Part shown: positions 30,699-41,095 of the stretch, piece after piece | Numbering within the stretch: the stretch's first letter is position 1 | Layout of the letters: each line of letters begins with the position of its first letter | From: an uncultured Chthonomonadaceae bacterium | Lineage (GTDB): Bacteria > Armatimonadota > Chthonomonadetes > Chthonomonadales > Chthonomonadaceae | Direction: 5' to 3' | Assembly (NCBI GenBank): GCA_963835065.1 | Contig: CAWIEK010000002.1 | Span: forward strand, 1 to 64,000 | Length of the DNA stretch: 64,000 nt | Translations under genes and position numbers: made by a program | The notes under the pieces: model-generated | What the model saw: only the letters and a program-made list of their open reading frames with translations | What the model was told of the DNA's origin: nothing | Database searches by the model: none

Positions 30699-32018
30699 AT
30701 GTATGTATCACCCACTCTATCTCAAAAACGCTTCAACAAACGCTTTCAAGCGCCACACGTCGCGCTGGCCGCGTTCCTGTTCCTGTCGGCGGCAGCGGCT
30801 TCGGTTCGCGCGGCGGAGAAACTGCCCATGATTACGGTTCATGCCAAAAACCACGCCTATCACAACGCGCTTGTCACCGTTGCCCTGCCGCCCGACGCAA
30901 AGCCGAACCTTGCGCCGGGTTCCCAACTTGTTGTGGAAGGCGAGGACAGACGCAGCGCCGTAACGCAGATGAGTGAGCAGGACGGACACACGATACTGAC
31001 GTTCCTCGTGGAAGATTTGCCGATGGGAGCAACCCGCGCATATCATCTGAAAACGGCGCAAGGCATTGTCAGCAGACCGGGTTCGGGCGTTCGGGTTCAG
31101 GCGCATGGCGATGATCTTGATGTGCTGATGGGCGCGAGCGACAAAGAATTGTTCACGCGCTACACAACGCACAGCGGCCCCAACAAGCCGTTCTTCTACC
31201 CCATTCTCACCTCAGACGGCAAGCCGCTCACCAGGCGCTGGCCGCTGGAAGAGAATACTTCAGAAAGTCACGACCATCCGCACCATCGCGGCCTGTGGTT
31301 CACGCATGGCGACATCAACGGCGTGGATTTTTGGACGGAAGTGCCCGGCCCGAAAACCAAGTTGGGCAAAACCATTGCCAAAGGCTATGAGAACGTGACG
31401 AGCGGCCCGCTGTTCGGCGCGTTTCAAACCCGCACGGAATGGCGCGGGCCGGACGACAAGCTGATGGCAACCGACGTTCGCAATATCCGCATTTATCGCG
31501 TCGGGCAAACCCGCATCCTGGACTTCGATATTGTCATCAAGCCGAGCAGTGAAGCCCTGGTTTTCGGCGACACCAAAGAAGGCATGTTCGGCCTGCGCGT
31601 TCCCGATTCATTTGCGCCCAATCCCGGCAAGGACGCGCATATTGACCCACCCACCGGACATATCGAATCCGCGTCCGGCCTGAAAGACGGCAAGGTATGG
31701 GGCAAGCCCAACGAGTGGGTAGACAACTACGGCCCAATTGATGGCAAAACATGGGGCGTCGCCATTTTCGACCATCCGCAAAACCTGCGCCACCCGCAAA
31801 CCTGGCATGCCCGCGATTATGGCCTGTTTACGGTCAACCCCTTCGGCCTGCACGACTTCGGCCTGGGCGCAAAGGGCGCAGGCGATTACACCCTTCCCGC
31901 CGACAAAACCCTGACACTGCGCTACCGCGTCGTCTTCCACGAGGGCGACACCACTGCCGCCCAAATCGCCGAACAGTACCAAGCCTACGCCGACCCACCG
32001 GAAGTAACTGTAAAATAA
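30699..32018 (+). CDS. DUF6807/PmoA-family secreted protein
   Basis: KPF.YP, DHPHHRGLWF.HG..NG.DFW, FGDTKEG.F..R and WH.R.YGLF..NPFG. Confidence 0.85.
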   Translation: MYVSPTLSQKRFNKRFQAPHVALAAFLFLSAAAASVRAAEKLPMITVHAKNHAYHNALVTVALPPDAKPNLAPGSQLVVEGEDRRSAVTQMSEQDGHTILTFLVEDLPMGATRAYHLKTAQGIVSRPGSGVRVQAHGDDLDVLMGASDKELFTRYTTHSGPNKPFFYPILTSDGKPLTRRWPLEENTSESHDHPHHRGLWFTHGDINGVDFWTEVPGPKTKLGKTIAKGYENVTSGPLFGAFQTRTEWRGPDDKLMATDVRNIRIYRVGQTRILDFDIVIKPSSEALVFGDTKEGMFGLRVPDSFAPNPGKDAHIDPPTGHIESASGLKDGKVWGKPNEWVDNYGPIDGKTWGVAIFDHPQNLRHPQTWHARDYGLFTVNPFGLHDFGLGAKGAGDYTLPADKTLTLRYRVVFHEGDTTAAQIAEQYQAYADPPEVTVK

Positions 32019-32340
32019 CACCACAGAGGCACAGAGACACAGAGGAATCACAGAGAAAAGCAGAAAAAGAGAGGAGAGAGGGGAACCGCGAAACACACGA
32101 AATAAACGAAAAAAGAAGAAAAGAAAGACAAAAAGAACACGGGGAAATCTCCAGATGCCGCCCAACACTCGGATCAAACAGGCTTTCCTTTTCTGTACGT
32201 AATCCTGCTTAATCCTAAAAATCCCGTTAATCCTGTCTATTTCCTTTTGTTTTTCCTTTTTCGTCTTGGTTCGCGTGTTTCGCGGTTCTTCCCTCTGGAA
32301 TTCCTCTGTGACCCCTCTGTGTCTCTGTGCCTCTGTGGTG
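32017..32340. repeat. Nested inverted-repeat cluster
   Basis: Outer CACCACAGAGGCACAGAGACACAGAG pair, inner AACCGCGAAACAC pair, and an AATCCTG-type half in the loop. Confidence 0.85.
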
Positions 32341-32352
32341 AAGGAAAAAATT

Positions 32353-33121
32353 ATGGACGCTGAACACATTCAATCTTTGGCCGATGAGATTCGCATGAAC
32401 GGCTACGTCGTTTTGGAACAGGCGTATTCGCGGGACAAGACAGCAGCGATGCTGGAACACTTCGACGCGCTTGTTGGAAGCGAAACGCGCGGCAGAGCCT
32501 TCCAACCGGGGTTCGAACCGTTTCCAGATGCACCTGCCGTTTACGCTGCCGTATGCCGACCCCGACCTTTACCAGAACCCGACCGTGCTTGCCATTCTGG
32601 AGAACCTGTTCGGCAAGGACATGATCTGCACCTACTTCGCGTCCGACACGCCGTTCCCCGGCTCCGACTATCAGCCCGTGCATTTAGATACGCGCCTGCC
32701 GTTTCCCGAAGCCGCGTATGGCGTTCCGGTTTACAGTTGTGTGCTGAACCTGCCGCTTGTGGATTACACCGTTGAAAACGGGCCGCTGGAAATGTGGCCG
32801 GGCGGAACACACCTCATCGGGCAGTCCCGCGATATGGAGCGCATGGCCGCCCACATGCCGTCCATCAAGCCCCTGCTCAAAGCGGGCGATTTGCTGCTGC
32901 GGGATGCGCGGATGTGGCACAGGGGTACGCCGAACCGGGGCGAGCGCTCGCGCCCCAACGTCGCCCTCGTGTATTCGCGCGGCTGGTTCCGCTTTGAAGG
33001 CCAGCCCTACCGCATGAAAATCCCCCGCGCCACCTTTGAACAATTCGATCCCACCACCAAAAAGATGTTCCGCTACTGCGCCATCCTCAACCCCGACGGC
33101 ACAATCAGCGACGCGGATTAA
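32353..33121 (+). CDS. Phytanoyl-CoA dioxygenase (PhyH) family (frameshift near 32475)
   Basis: Q..H.D, PLVD.T.ENGP.E.WPG.H and WHRG..N....R. Confidence 0.85.
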
Positions 33122-33125
33122 ATCA

Positions 33126-33326
33126 AACCACGGAGAACACGGAGGACACGGAGAGGAGAAGACAAAAGAGAATAGACAGGATTAACAGGATTTGAAGGAT
33201 TAAACAGGATTACCAACAGGCAGGACTTGCCTTATGACGGTTTTATCCGTATTTCTCCGTGTCCTCCGTGTTCTCCGTGGTTTGTATCTTTAGTTTTTTT
33301 CGTTTATTTCGTGTGTTTCGCGGTTT
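33126..33326. repeat. 9-nt-period inverted-repeat cluster
   Basis: AACCACGGAGAACACGGAGGACACGGAG pairs with CTCCGTGTCCTCCGTGTTCTCCGTGGTT; ACAGGATT and TTTCGCGGTT halves also present. Confidence 0.85.
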
Positions 33327-33359
33327 TATCTCCTCTCCTGACCCCGGAGGTTCCTGTTC

Positions 33360-36034
33360 ATGTCGCTGCCCGAAGGACCGATTACCTGTCTGTTCACCGA
33401 TATTGTCGGCTCCACGCAGATGAGCCGCCATCTGTCCGACGCCGAATACAAGCGCGTCATCGGGGAGCATGACAAACGCCTCCGCGCCTCCATCCTCGCA
33501 AAGCAGGGACACGAGGTTGATACGGCAGGCGACAGTTTCTTCGCCACATTTCAACATACCCGCCACGCGCTGGAATGTGCCGTCGCCATGCAAACCACGC
33601 TGCGCGACGATCCCATTGTCGGCATGAGCGTGGATGACGAGGGCAATCCAGAGCAATGGCCCACCCGCATACGTATCGGCGTGTACAGGGCGGGGCGCGA
33701 GGTGTTTCTGAATGGGGAGGGGAAGTACCGGGACCGCGAAATCAATCTCGCCTCGCGCATCGGGGCTATCGGTGAAGGCGGGCAGATTCTCGTGTCGCAA
33801 TCCGCGCATCAGGGATTGGAAGGCGAGTACAACTGGCAGGAGTGGCCGGGCCGTTACCTCAAAGACTTCGATACGCCCCAGGACATCTACGAGCTGCTGT
33901 GGGATGGGCGTTCGCGCAGCGCGCCCGGCGCGCGTTTTCTGCCGGACTGGTATCGCCGCGAACTCAATCAGTTTGTGGGCCGCAAAGACATGCTGGCGCA
34001 AATTCGGGACTGGCTGCGCGAAAGCCGTTACCCATTATACACGCTGCAAGGCTTCGGCGGCATCGGCAAAACGCGCCTTGCGGTAGAAACGGTTCTGACA
34101 GTCGGCAGCCTGTTTCCCGGCGGTTCCGTCTTCGTCGCCCTCGACCGCGAGATAATGGGCACTGACGCGCAGTCCATCACCCCCGCCCTGCTTGCCGCCG
34201 CCATTGCCCGCGCCGCCAATGCCCCCAAAGAAGTGCAGATAGACCCCGAAAAGCATCTTGCGGCCTGGTTCGCCACGCGCAAATCCACCCTCTTCATTCT
34301 CGACAACTGGGAAAGCGCGGCCAACACTCTGGCTACCGCATGGCTTGGGCGGTTCCTGAACGAAACGCCCGCTGTGCGTTGCCTGGCAACAAGCCGCGTC
34401 GTCATGGGACTGACCACGATGGGGCAAAACAGGCATATTCCCGCCCTGCCCATTCCCGCCGCCACCTCGCAACTGGAAAACTTCGACGCTTATAACCTCT
34501 TCGTCACCCGCGCCCAACAGCGCGACCCGGAATGTTCCCTGCGCGACGGCGATGCTCTCCTGCGTATCCTGTGCGCCACATCGGGAATCCCGCTTGGCAT
34601 CGAACTCGCCGCCGCCCGCATCGTAGACTATCCCCTGGACGCCATTGCCGGTGGATTGGAACAGAGCCTGCTGGACTGGCAGCGCACCCGTGACGATTTG
34701 GGCGACGTGCGCCCGGACGCCGAACGCCATTCCAGCCTCGACGCCAGCCTGAACTGGTCGCTCAACCTGCTGCCTCCAGACGAACGACTGGCGTTCCCGC
34801 GCCTGGGCCTCTTCGCGCACGACTTCGACGCGGCGACGGCGCAGGCAATGGGGGATATTCCCGAAGATTGGCTCCTGCGCTGGCATCGCGCCTCCCTGCT
34901 GGAACGCACCGCTGACCGTATGCGTTACCAACTTCTTCCCGTCGTCCACGAATATGCCCTCCGTCACCTGTCCAACGCCAACATCTGGCGCAATCGGCAC
35001 ATCGCCTATTACCAAATCCTCGCCACAGAAAACGGGGGTGACATCCTTAACCTGAGCAATGCCCACAAACGCCGCGTTCTGGACGCCGAATGGCGCAACA
35101 TCGTGGGAGCCATCGAGGAGGCCGAACGCTTGCAGAAGTGGCATGTCGTACAAAACATGGCAGCGAACCTGACGAACTACTGCGACTTGCGGAGCCTCTG
35201 GTCGGAGCGCGTACAGATTGGCCTCCGCGCTCTCGCAGCCGCCCGCGCCGACAAGGATAAAAGAAATGAAGGCACAGCGCTCAACAACCTGGGCATGGTC
35301 TACAACGCTCAAGGGCGTTGGGAGGAAGCGATTGCCTGTTACGAACTGAGCATTGGAAATTTACCGTGATTTCGGCGACCTGCATTGGCAAAGGACAGAC
35401 GCTCAATAACCTGGGCGTGGTCTACAACAATCAGGGGCGATGGGAGGAAGCAATTGCCTGTTACAAACAGAGTTTACCTGTTTTTAGAGAGTTAAAGGCC
35501 CGGAGGGAAGAAGGAGCCACACTCAGCAACTTGGGCATCGTTTATCGTAAACAGGGCCATTGGGACGAGGCGCTGACCTGCTACAAGGAGAGTCTGGAAA
35601 TCACGCATGAGTTTGGCGACCGGATACGTGAGATATTGTCACTTATGGGGTTAGGCAATGTGTATCAGGCGCAGGAGCTTTGGGAGGAAGCAATTCCTTG
35701 TTACGAGCAGAGTTTAGTCATCCAGCGTGAGTTCGGCGACCGGGTTGGCGAAGGCGCAACGCTCACCAATCTGGGCAATGTGTATGAGGCGCAGGGACGA
35801 TGGGAAGAGGCGATTGCCTGTTACGAACAAAGCCTTGCAATCCTTCGTGAATTCGGCGACCACGTAAACGAAGGAAAGACGCTGGAAAATGTAGCGTTGC
35901 TCCATTACGCGCAGGGCGATACGGCAATGGCGTTACACTGGGAGCGGCAGGCGCTTCGAGTGCTGGAAACCACGCAGGACACACGCGCCATTGCCAAAGC
36001 GCATCGTTTGATTGCAAAGTGGGAACAAGCATAG
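33360..36034 (+). CDS. Class III nucleotide cyclase - STAND (NB-ARC-type) ATPase - TPR protein 1 (frameshift near 35350-35390)
   Basis: LFTDIVGST, AGDSFF and INLASRI; P-loop GFGGIGKT, LDNWE and GIPL.IELAAAR; 40-aa TPR units LNNLG.VY..QG.WEEA..CY. Confidence 0.9.
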
Positions 36035-36218
36035 ACGAAGCCCACACGTCTTCTTCTCTTCTTCTTTTCTTTCTCTTGGTGTCCTTTGCGTCTTGGTGGT
36101 GCAATCTCCTCGTTTTTCCCTTTTCCTCCCTCCGTGTCCTCCGTGTTCTCCGTGGTTTAATCCTACCTGTGTTATACTATATCAACACCCGCAGTCGTAA
36201 TCCCGGAGGTTCTCGCCC

Positions 36219-38839
36219 ATGACGCCCACGCTCCCACAGGGCCATGTCACCATTCTCTTCACCGATATGGAGGAATCGTCGCGCATCAACGATCCTCTCG
36301 GCAACGACATTTACGCCAGAGAGTTGCGGGACCCGCACTTTACCCGGCTGCGCGAATGTATCCTCGCGCATCACGGGCACGAGTGCGGCACACCGGCGGG
36401 CGAAGAGGTCAGCCTCATGGCCGTGTTCCAGAACCCCAATGACGCGCTTGCCTGCGCCAAAAGGATGCAGGAACAACTGGCGTCCCCTCCCATCTCCTGC
36501 ATGTTCAAAAACACGCTCTACACGGTGCGGGTACGAATTGGCATCCACACATCCAGCGCCTATCTTACTCCCAACGACGCGAACGGCTACAGCGGCACGG
36601 ATACCAACTTCGCCAAACGCATCGAATCGCTCGGCGCGGGCGAACAAATCATCGTCCATGAATCCGTGCAGGGCGCGAATACGTGGAACCGCTACACGTG
36701 GAAAGAATGGCCCAACCGCCGCCTGAAAAGTTTCGACCATCCCGAAACCGTGTACGAACTGCTGTGGGACGAAGCCGAAACGCGCGGCGAACCGGGGGCG
36801 CGTTGGCTGCCGGACTGGTACGGGGGCGAACGCAACCGCTATATTCCCCGCGCCGACAAGGAACAGGAGATACTCGCCCACTTCGCCACCAGATTTCCCG
36901 ACGGCAGCCCCGTGCGTCTCGTCACGCTCAAAGGCTTCGGCGGCATGGGCAAAACCCGGCTCGGACTCGCCTGCGCCCTCCAATGCGTCGGCCTGTTCAA
37001 CGGAAACGTGCATTTCGTCCGGCTGGAAGACCGCGAAAAATCGCCCGAAGCCGTTGCCGAAGCCATCGGAACCGCGCTCGGATGGCAAGGCGAAGCGCGT
37101 CTGCCCGCCAACCTCATCACTTCCCTGCGCGAAATGGATGCCCTGTTCCTGCTCGACAACTACGAAAGCGTCCATTGCCCCGACGTGCAAAAATTCCTCC
37201 GCGACCTCCTGCACAGAACCAAAAAACTGCGCTGCCTCCTCACCGGGCGCGAGGCCGTCAAAATCGCCAATCTCGAACAGCCCGTAGACGTGGAAGGGCT
37301 GACCGACCCCGAAGCCCGCGACCTGTTCCTCGCCCGCGCCCAACTCGTCCGCCCCGGCTGGCAGCCCGTCACGTCTGCCGAACACGCCGCCCTCACTGCC
37401 ATCCTCCGCGACACCGAACGCATCCCCCTCGCCCTCGAACTCGTCGCCGCAGGCATGGGCGACGACGCCTACGGCTCCATCGAACTCGTCGCCCAATCCC
37501 TAGCCGACACGCCCCTGCCCGCCCTTCCCGACGGCTACATTTCCGCCGACCCCAGCGACCGCCACGAGTCCCTGACCCGCTGCCTCGACTGGTCCTACAA
37601 CCTCCTCGATGCCGCCACGCAGGACGGCTTCGCCCGACTCGGCCTGTTCGCCGACACCATCACGCCCGAAACCGCCCACGACGCGGCAGGCGTTCCCGAC
37701 GGCAGCAAACTCCTCACGCGACTGGCGCAGGCGTCCCTCCTCAAGCGCGTGGAACCCCGCACCGAAGTTCGCTACACCCTCCTCCGTCCCACCCGCGCCT
37801 ACGCCCACAACAAACTCACCGCGCATCCCCGCCGCCAACCTGCGCCACGCCTGCATCGCCTACTACCAAAACCTTGCCAAAGAAAACGGCGGTTGGGACG
37901 GGCGCAACCTCAACAACGCCGCCAAACGCCGCGTTCTGGACGCCGAATGGCGCAACATAGTGGGAGCCATTGAGGACGCTGAACGTTTGCAGGAGTGGTT
38001 TGCCGTACAGGACATGGCGGCCAACATCGCACACCTTCTTCGACCTGCGCGGCCTCTGGTCAGAGCGCGTACAGATTGGCCTCCGCGCCCTTGCTGCCGC
38101 CCGCGCTTACAATGACAGACAAAATGAAGGCATAGCCCTCAACAACTTGGGATTGGTCTACGAAATGCAGGGGCGTTGGGACGAGGCTATTGATTTTTTC
38201 AATGCAAGCTTACTTATTTCCCGCGAACTCAGCGAACCTAGCTACGAAGGAGCAAATCTCAACAACTTGGGCAACGTTTACGCAAAGCAAGGCAGATGGT
38301 GCGAAGCCACTACTTGTTACAAGCAAGACCTTGCAATTTGTCAGGGGCAGGGCAACCGCAGGAGCGAAAGCATATCACTCAACAACTTAGGCAATGTCTG
38401 TGGTAGGCAAGATCAATGGGATGAAGCCATTGCCTACTTCAACGGCAGTTTAACAATCTACAAAGAAATTTGTGACCGCATAAGTGAGGGCGGGACACTT
38501 AACAACTTAGGCAATCTTTACCGCAGGCAAGGGAATTGGAACGAGGCTATTACCTGTTTTGAACAGAGTCTGGAGATAGAGCGCGAACAGGGCGACCGCA
38601 TGGGTGAAGGTGGGACACTAGGAAATATGGCTCTGCTTCGATACGAACAAAGCGATATTCCCGGTGCATTAAACTACGCGCGGCAGGCATTGGAAATTCT
38701 GGAAACCATGCAGGATGTAAGACTTACAGAAATGGTTCGTTCGTGGGTACAGAAGTGGGAAGCTACTGCACAGAGAGCTGATATAGGACGACGCCAGAGT
38801 ATTTTTGCGCGAAAGCGCACTGGCAGAAAAGAGTTATAA
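36219..38839 (+). CDS. Class III nucleotide cyclase - STAND ATPase - TPR protein 2 (frameshifts near 37825 and 38035)
   Basis: LFTDMEESS and TNFAKRI; GFGGMGKT, LDNYE and IPLALELVAA; TPR units as in the paralogue. Confidence 0.9.
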
Positions 38840-38875
38840 TCTTACATCAGCAGGGGAACAGTTATTGTCAGGGAC

Positions 38876-39011
38876 GCGCCGGAATGAATTCCTGCACTGC
38901 AAAGGTTGAATGTCCTGCGGACATAACCTGTTGCGCGGGCATTCTCCGTTATCCAGAGAATTGTGTCCGCAGGACACTTGTTTTGTCCAGCGCAGGTATT
39001 TATTCCGGCGT
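38876..39011. repeat. REP-like long inverted repeat
   Basis: CGCCGGAATGAATTCCTGC..TGTCCTGCGGACA ... TGTCCGCAGGACA..GCAGGTATTTATTCCGGCG. Confidence 0.75.
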
Positions 39012-39124
39012 GACTTAACCCCGGCATATCAGGAGAGAACGAAAACGTTTCCGGTTCTGTGCTTTTTAGTTGCCCGTTTTCTCTTGGTGTACTTGGCGTC
39101 CTGGTGGTGAAAAGTTACACAACT

Positions 39125-39526
39125 TTATGGGTACAAGTTCAAACGCTTCCATTGCATTCGCGCTCGAAGTTGAAACGCCGAATTTAGCTTCAGTCGCTTT
39201 ATCGTAGCGCGTCCTGTTGCCGTCAGACCGTGCAATTCGGACGTGTCACTGTTGAAATGGAAGTGTTCTGCCCACAAGTTACGGCGTGGATGAAAAAGCG
39301 CAACGCTCTGCGCTTCCATTTCATCCCAACCTGTTATGGCAGTCGCTTTGTGTAAATTGCAGGATTCGCAGGCAAGCGCAAGATTATCCAGCGCATCGCT
39401 GCCGTCCAATGCGCGCGGCAGAATATGCTCTACTTCAAAGGCAAAGTTGAACACCTGCTCAGGGGCGCGGCAGTATTCACAACGATTATCAGCGCGTTCG
39501 GCAACAGCAGGGTAAAGCGGGTTCAA
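39125..39526 (-). CDS. HNH endonuclease
   Basis: RA..RCEYC, EHI.P...G.D...NLALAC..CN..K, LFHPR..W..HF and GRATI..L.LN. Confidence 0.9.
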   Translation of the reverse strand: MNPLYPAVAERADNRCEYCRAPEQVFNFAFEVEHILPRALDGSDALDNLALACESCNLHKATAITGWDEMEAQSVALFHPRRNLWAEHFHFNSDTSELHGLTATGRATIKRLKLNSAFQLRARMQWKRLNLYP

Positions 39527-39834
39527 GATTTCACCACTGGCATAGCCTGCGTTCGGGCAATGGTGGCATCAAACGACGCCTCCACCAACTGCTCCCATTC
39601 CTCTTTCTCAGCTTCAGTCAGCGTGTCACGACGGCTTTTCAACTCCTGCAAACGCGCTTGCTGCGCATCGGTAAAGAAGGCATCGGCGCGGTTGAAAGGC
39701 CAAATCACTATTGGCGTCAGCGGCGCAGCCGTCAAGCGTGACATCAGCGCCGTCAGGGCGTCTTGCGGCGTCACGCCAAACCCTTGTTCCTTATCTGCAA
39801 CGGCGCGAAATTGTGTGTTTTCCTGTGGGTTCAT
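39523..39834 (-). CDS. Small protein translationally coupled to HNH (putative antitoxin)
   Basis: QQARLQEL....TLT..E.EE.E.LV motif; 4-nt overlap with the HNH start. Confidence 0.7.
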   Translation of the reverse strand: MNPQENTQFRAVADKEQGFGVTPQDALTALMSRLTAAPLTPIVIWPFNRADAFFTDAQQARLQELKSRRDTLTEAEKEEWEQLVEASFDATIARTQAMPVVKS

Positions 39835-40026
39835 CGGTTTCCTTTCTGGCGCAGGAGCGCGGAAAAAGGTTCTTGTGGGCAATGTTACTCTCATTATAGC
39901 AAACTTTCTTGAGAGCGTTCAAGAATTTGCATCAGGCATCTGCACAGCATTGCCGGGTCAGACAAGTTTATGTTACAATGGGTTTATGAACGAGATTGCT
40001 AAAAACCATCTGAACAGGAGAAAACC

Positions 40027-40251
40027 ATGACAGATTTTTCGACAATGCCAACAGCGTCTCAGACCGACGCAGAGTATCAGGCCGCTTTATCTGCCTGCGT
40101 CAACGAGATTCAGTCTCTTCTGAATGAGATGAAGACCGACCAGATTGAGATTGATCGTCTCAAACACAGCAGCGAGATAACCTGGGCTGAAATTGACCTG
40201 TTAAGAAACCAAACGCGGGAAATCCTGCAACGAGTTGAGGCGGTGGTATAA
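40027..40251 (+). CDS. Small coiled-coil protein
   Basis: AGGAG SD, 74 aa. Confidence 0.65.
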   Translation: MTDFSTMPTASQTDAEYQAALSACVNEIQSLLNEMKTDQIEIDRLKHSSEITWAEIDLLRNQTREILQRVEAVV

Positions 40252-40254
40252 TCC

Positions 40255-40563
40255 ATTTGGAAAAACATCGTTGACATCGGCAAGCAGGTCGTCAATCTGG
40301 CGCGAGAAATCCGCCAGAACAAAGACGAAATCAAAGAAATGCGCGAACGTGAGAAAAAGCAGGAAAACGAAATCAAAGAATTGCGGCAGGAGATGCGGCG
40401 GATGGCCGAAGCCATGCAGCGTCTTGCTTATGAGTACCAGCGGCAAAACGACAGGACGGAAAGAGAACGCGAAATACTCCTGAAAGATATGGAAATCATG
40501 ATTTTGCGTTACAATCGCGGGTTGCCTCCCCCTGATAAGCCACAGCAAAATACACCGGAGTGA
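40255..40563 (+). CDS. Coiled-coil hypothetical protein, start uncertain (ATT at 40255 or ATG at 40339)
   Basis: Open frame IWKNIVDIGKQVVNLAREIRQNKDEIKEMRE..LRYNRGLPPP. Confidence 0.55.
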   Translation: MWKNIVDIGKQVVNLAREIRQNKDEIKEMREREKKQENEIKELRQEMRRMAEAMQRLAYEYQRQNDRTEREREILLKDMEIMILRYNRGLPPPDKPQQNTPE

Positions 40564-40675
40564 AAGGGAATTATGTCCGAAGGACATTCGGCGGAACGCC
40601 ATACAGCGAAGCACTTCAGTGCGTCGCCCCAACGCACAAAAATACTGAAAAAAAGCCAAACAACGCGAAAAACAT

Positions 40676-40703
40676 TGAACCCTTTGCCCAACGCAATCGT
40701 CTA
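40676..40703 (+). promoter_or_regulatory. ECF sigma-type promoter
   Basis: TGAACC-N16-CGTCTA. Confidence 0.7.
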
Positions 40704-40743
40704 AACAGTAGAACAACGTCTGCTATACAGATGTTACACACAA

Positions 40744-40904
40744 GAAGGGAGGTGCAGAGCCATGTTTCACCCCTCCCGTTCGCCCTGACGCTGCGGAGGT
40801 CACGACGCCTCTCTCCTACAACCAGACACAACGAGACATCGGGCTGGAAGCGCTGTATTGCCAAGATTTCGACGATGACTCTACATATTCTCTTTCTTTT
40901 TTAG
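40744..40904 (+). ncRNA. Candidate structured RNA/leader, copy 2
   Basis: See copy 1; micro-ORF MFHPSRSP* at 40762-40788. Confidence 0.55.
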
Positions 40905-41095
40905 GGCGCTCTCAGGACTTACAGGCCAACAATCACCCGCCGCCAACCACCAATCACCAACCAAAAGAGGAACCTTTCCTGCTAACGGCGAACGTTAGGG
41001 AACGTCTATCGTATAGATTGTTTCCGCACACGACCTGAATCCCATGCCCGTTGTTCTCATGCGTTCCGCCCGATGCGCCGAAAGGAAAGACCCGA

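Noticed and set aside
35005..38192. DGR template/variable repeat pair
   Set aside because: Mismatches are not adenine-specific (many are synonymous C/T), both copies are coding, and there is no reverse transcriptase in the window.
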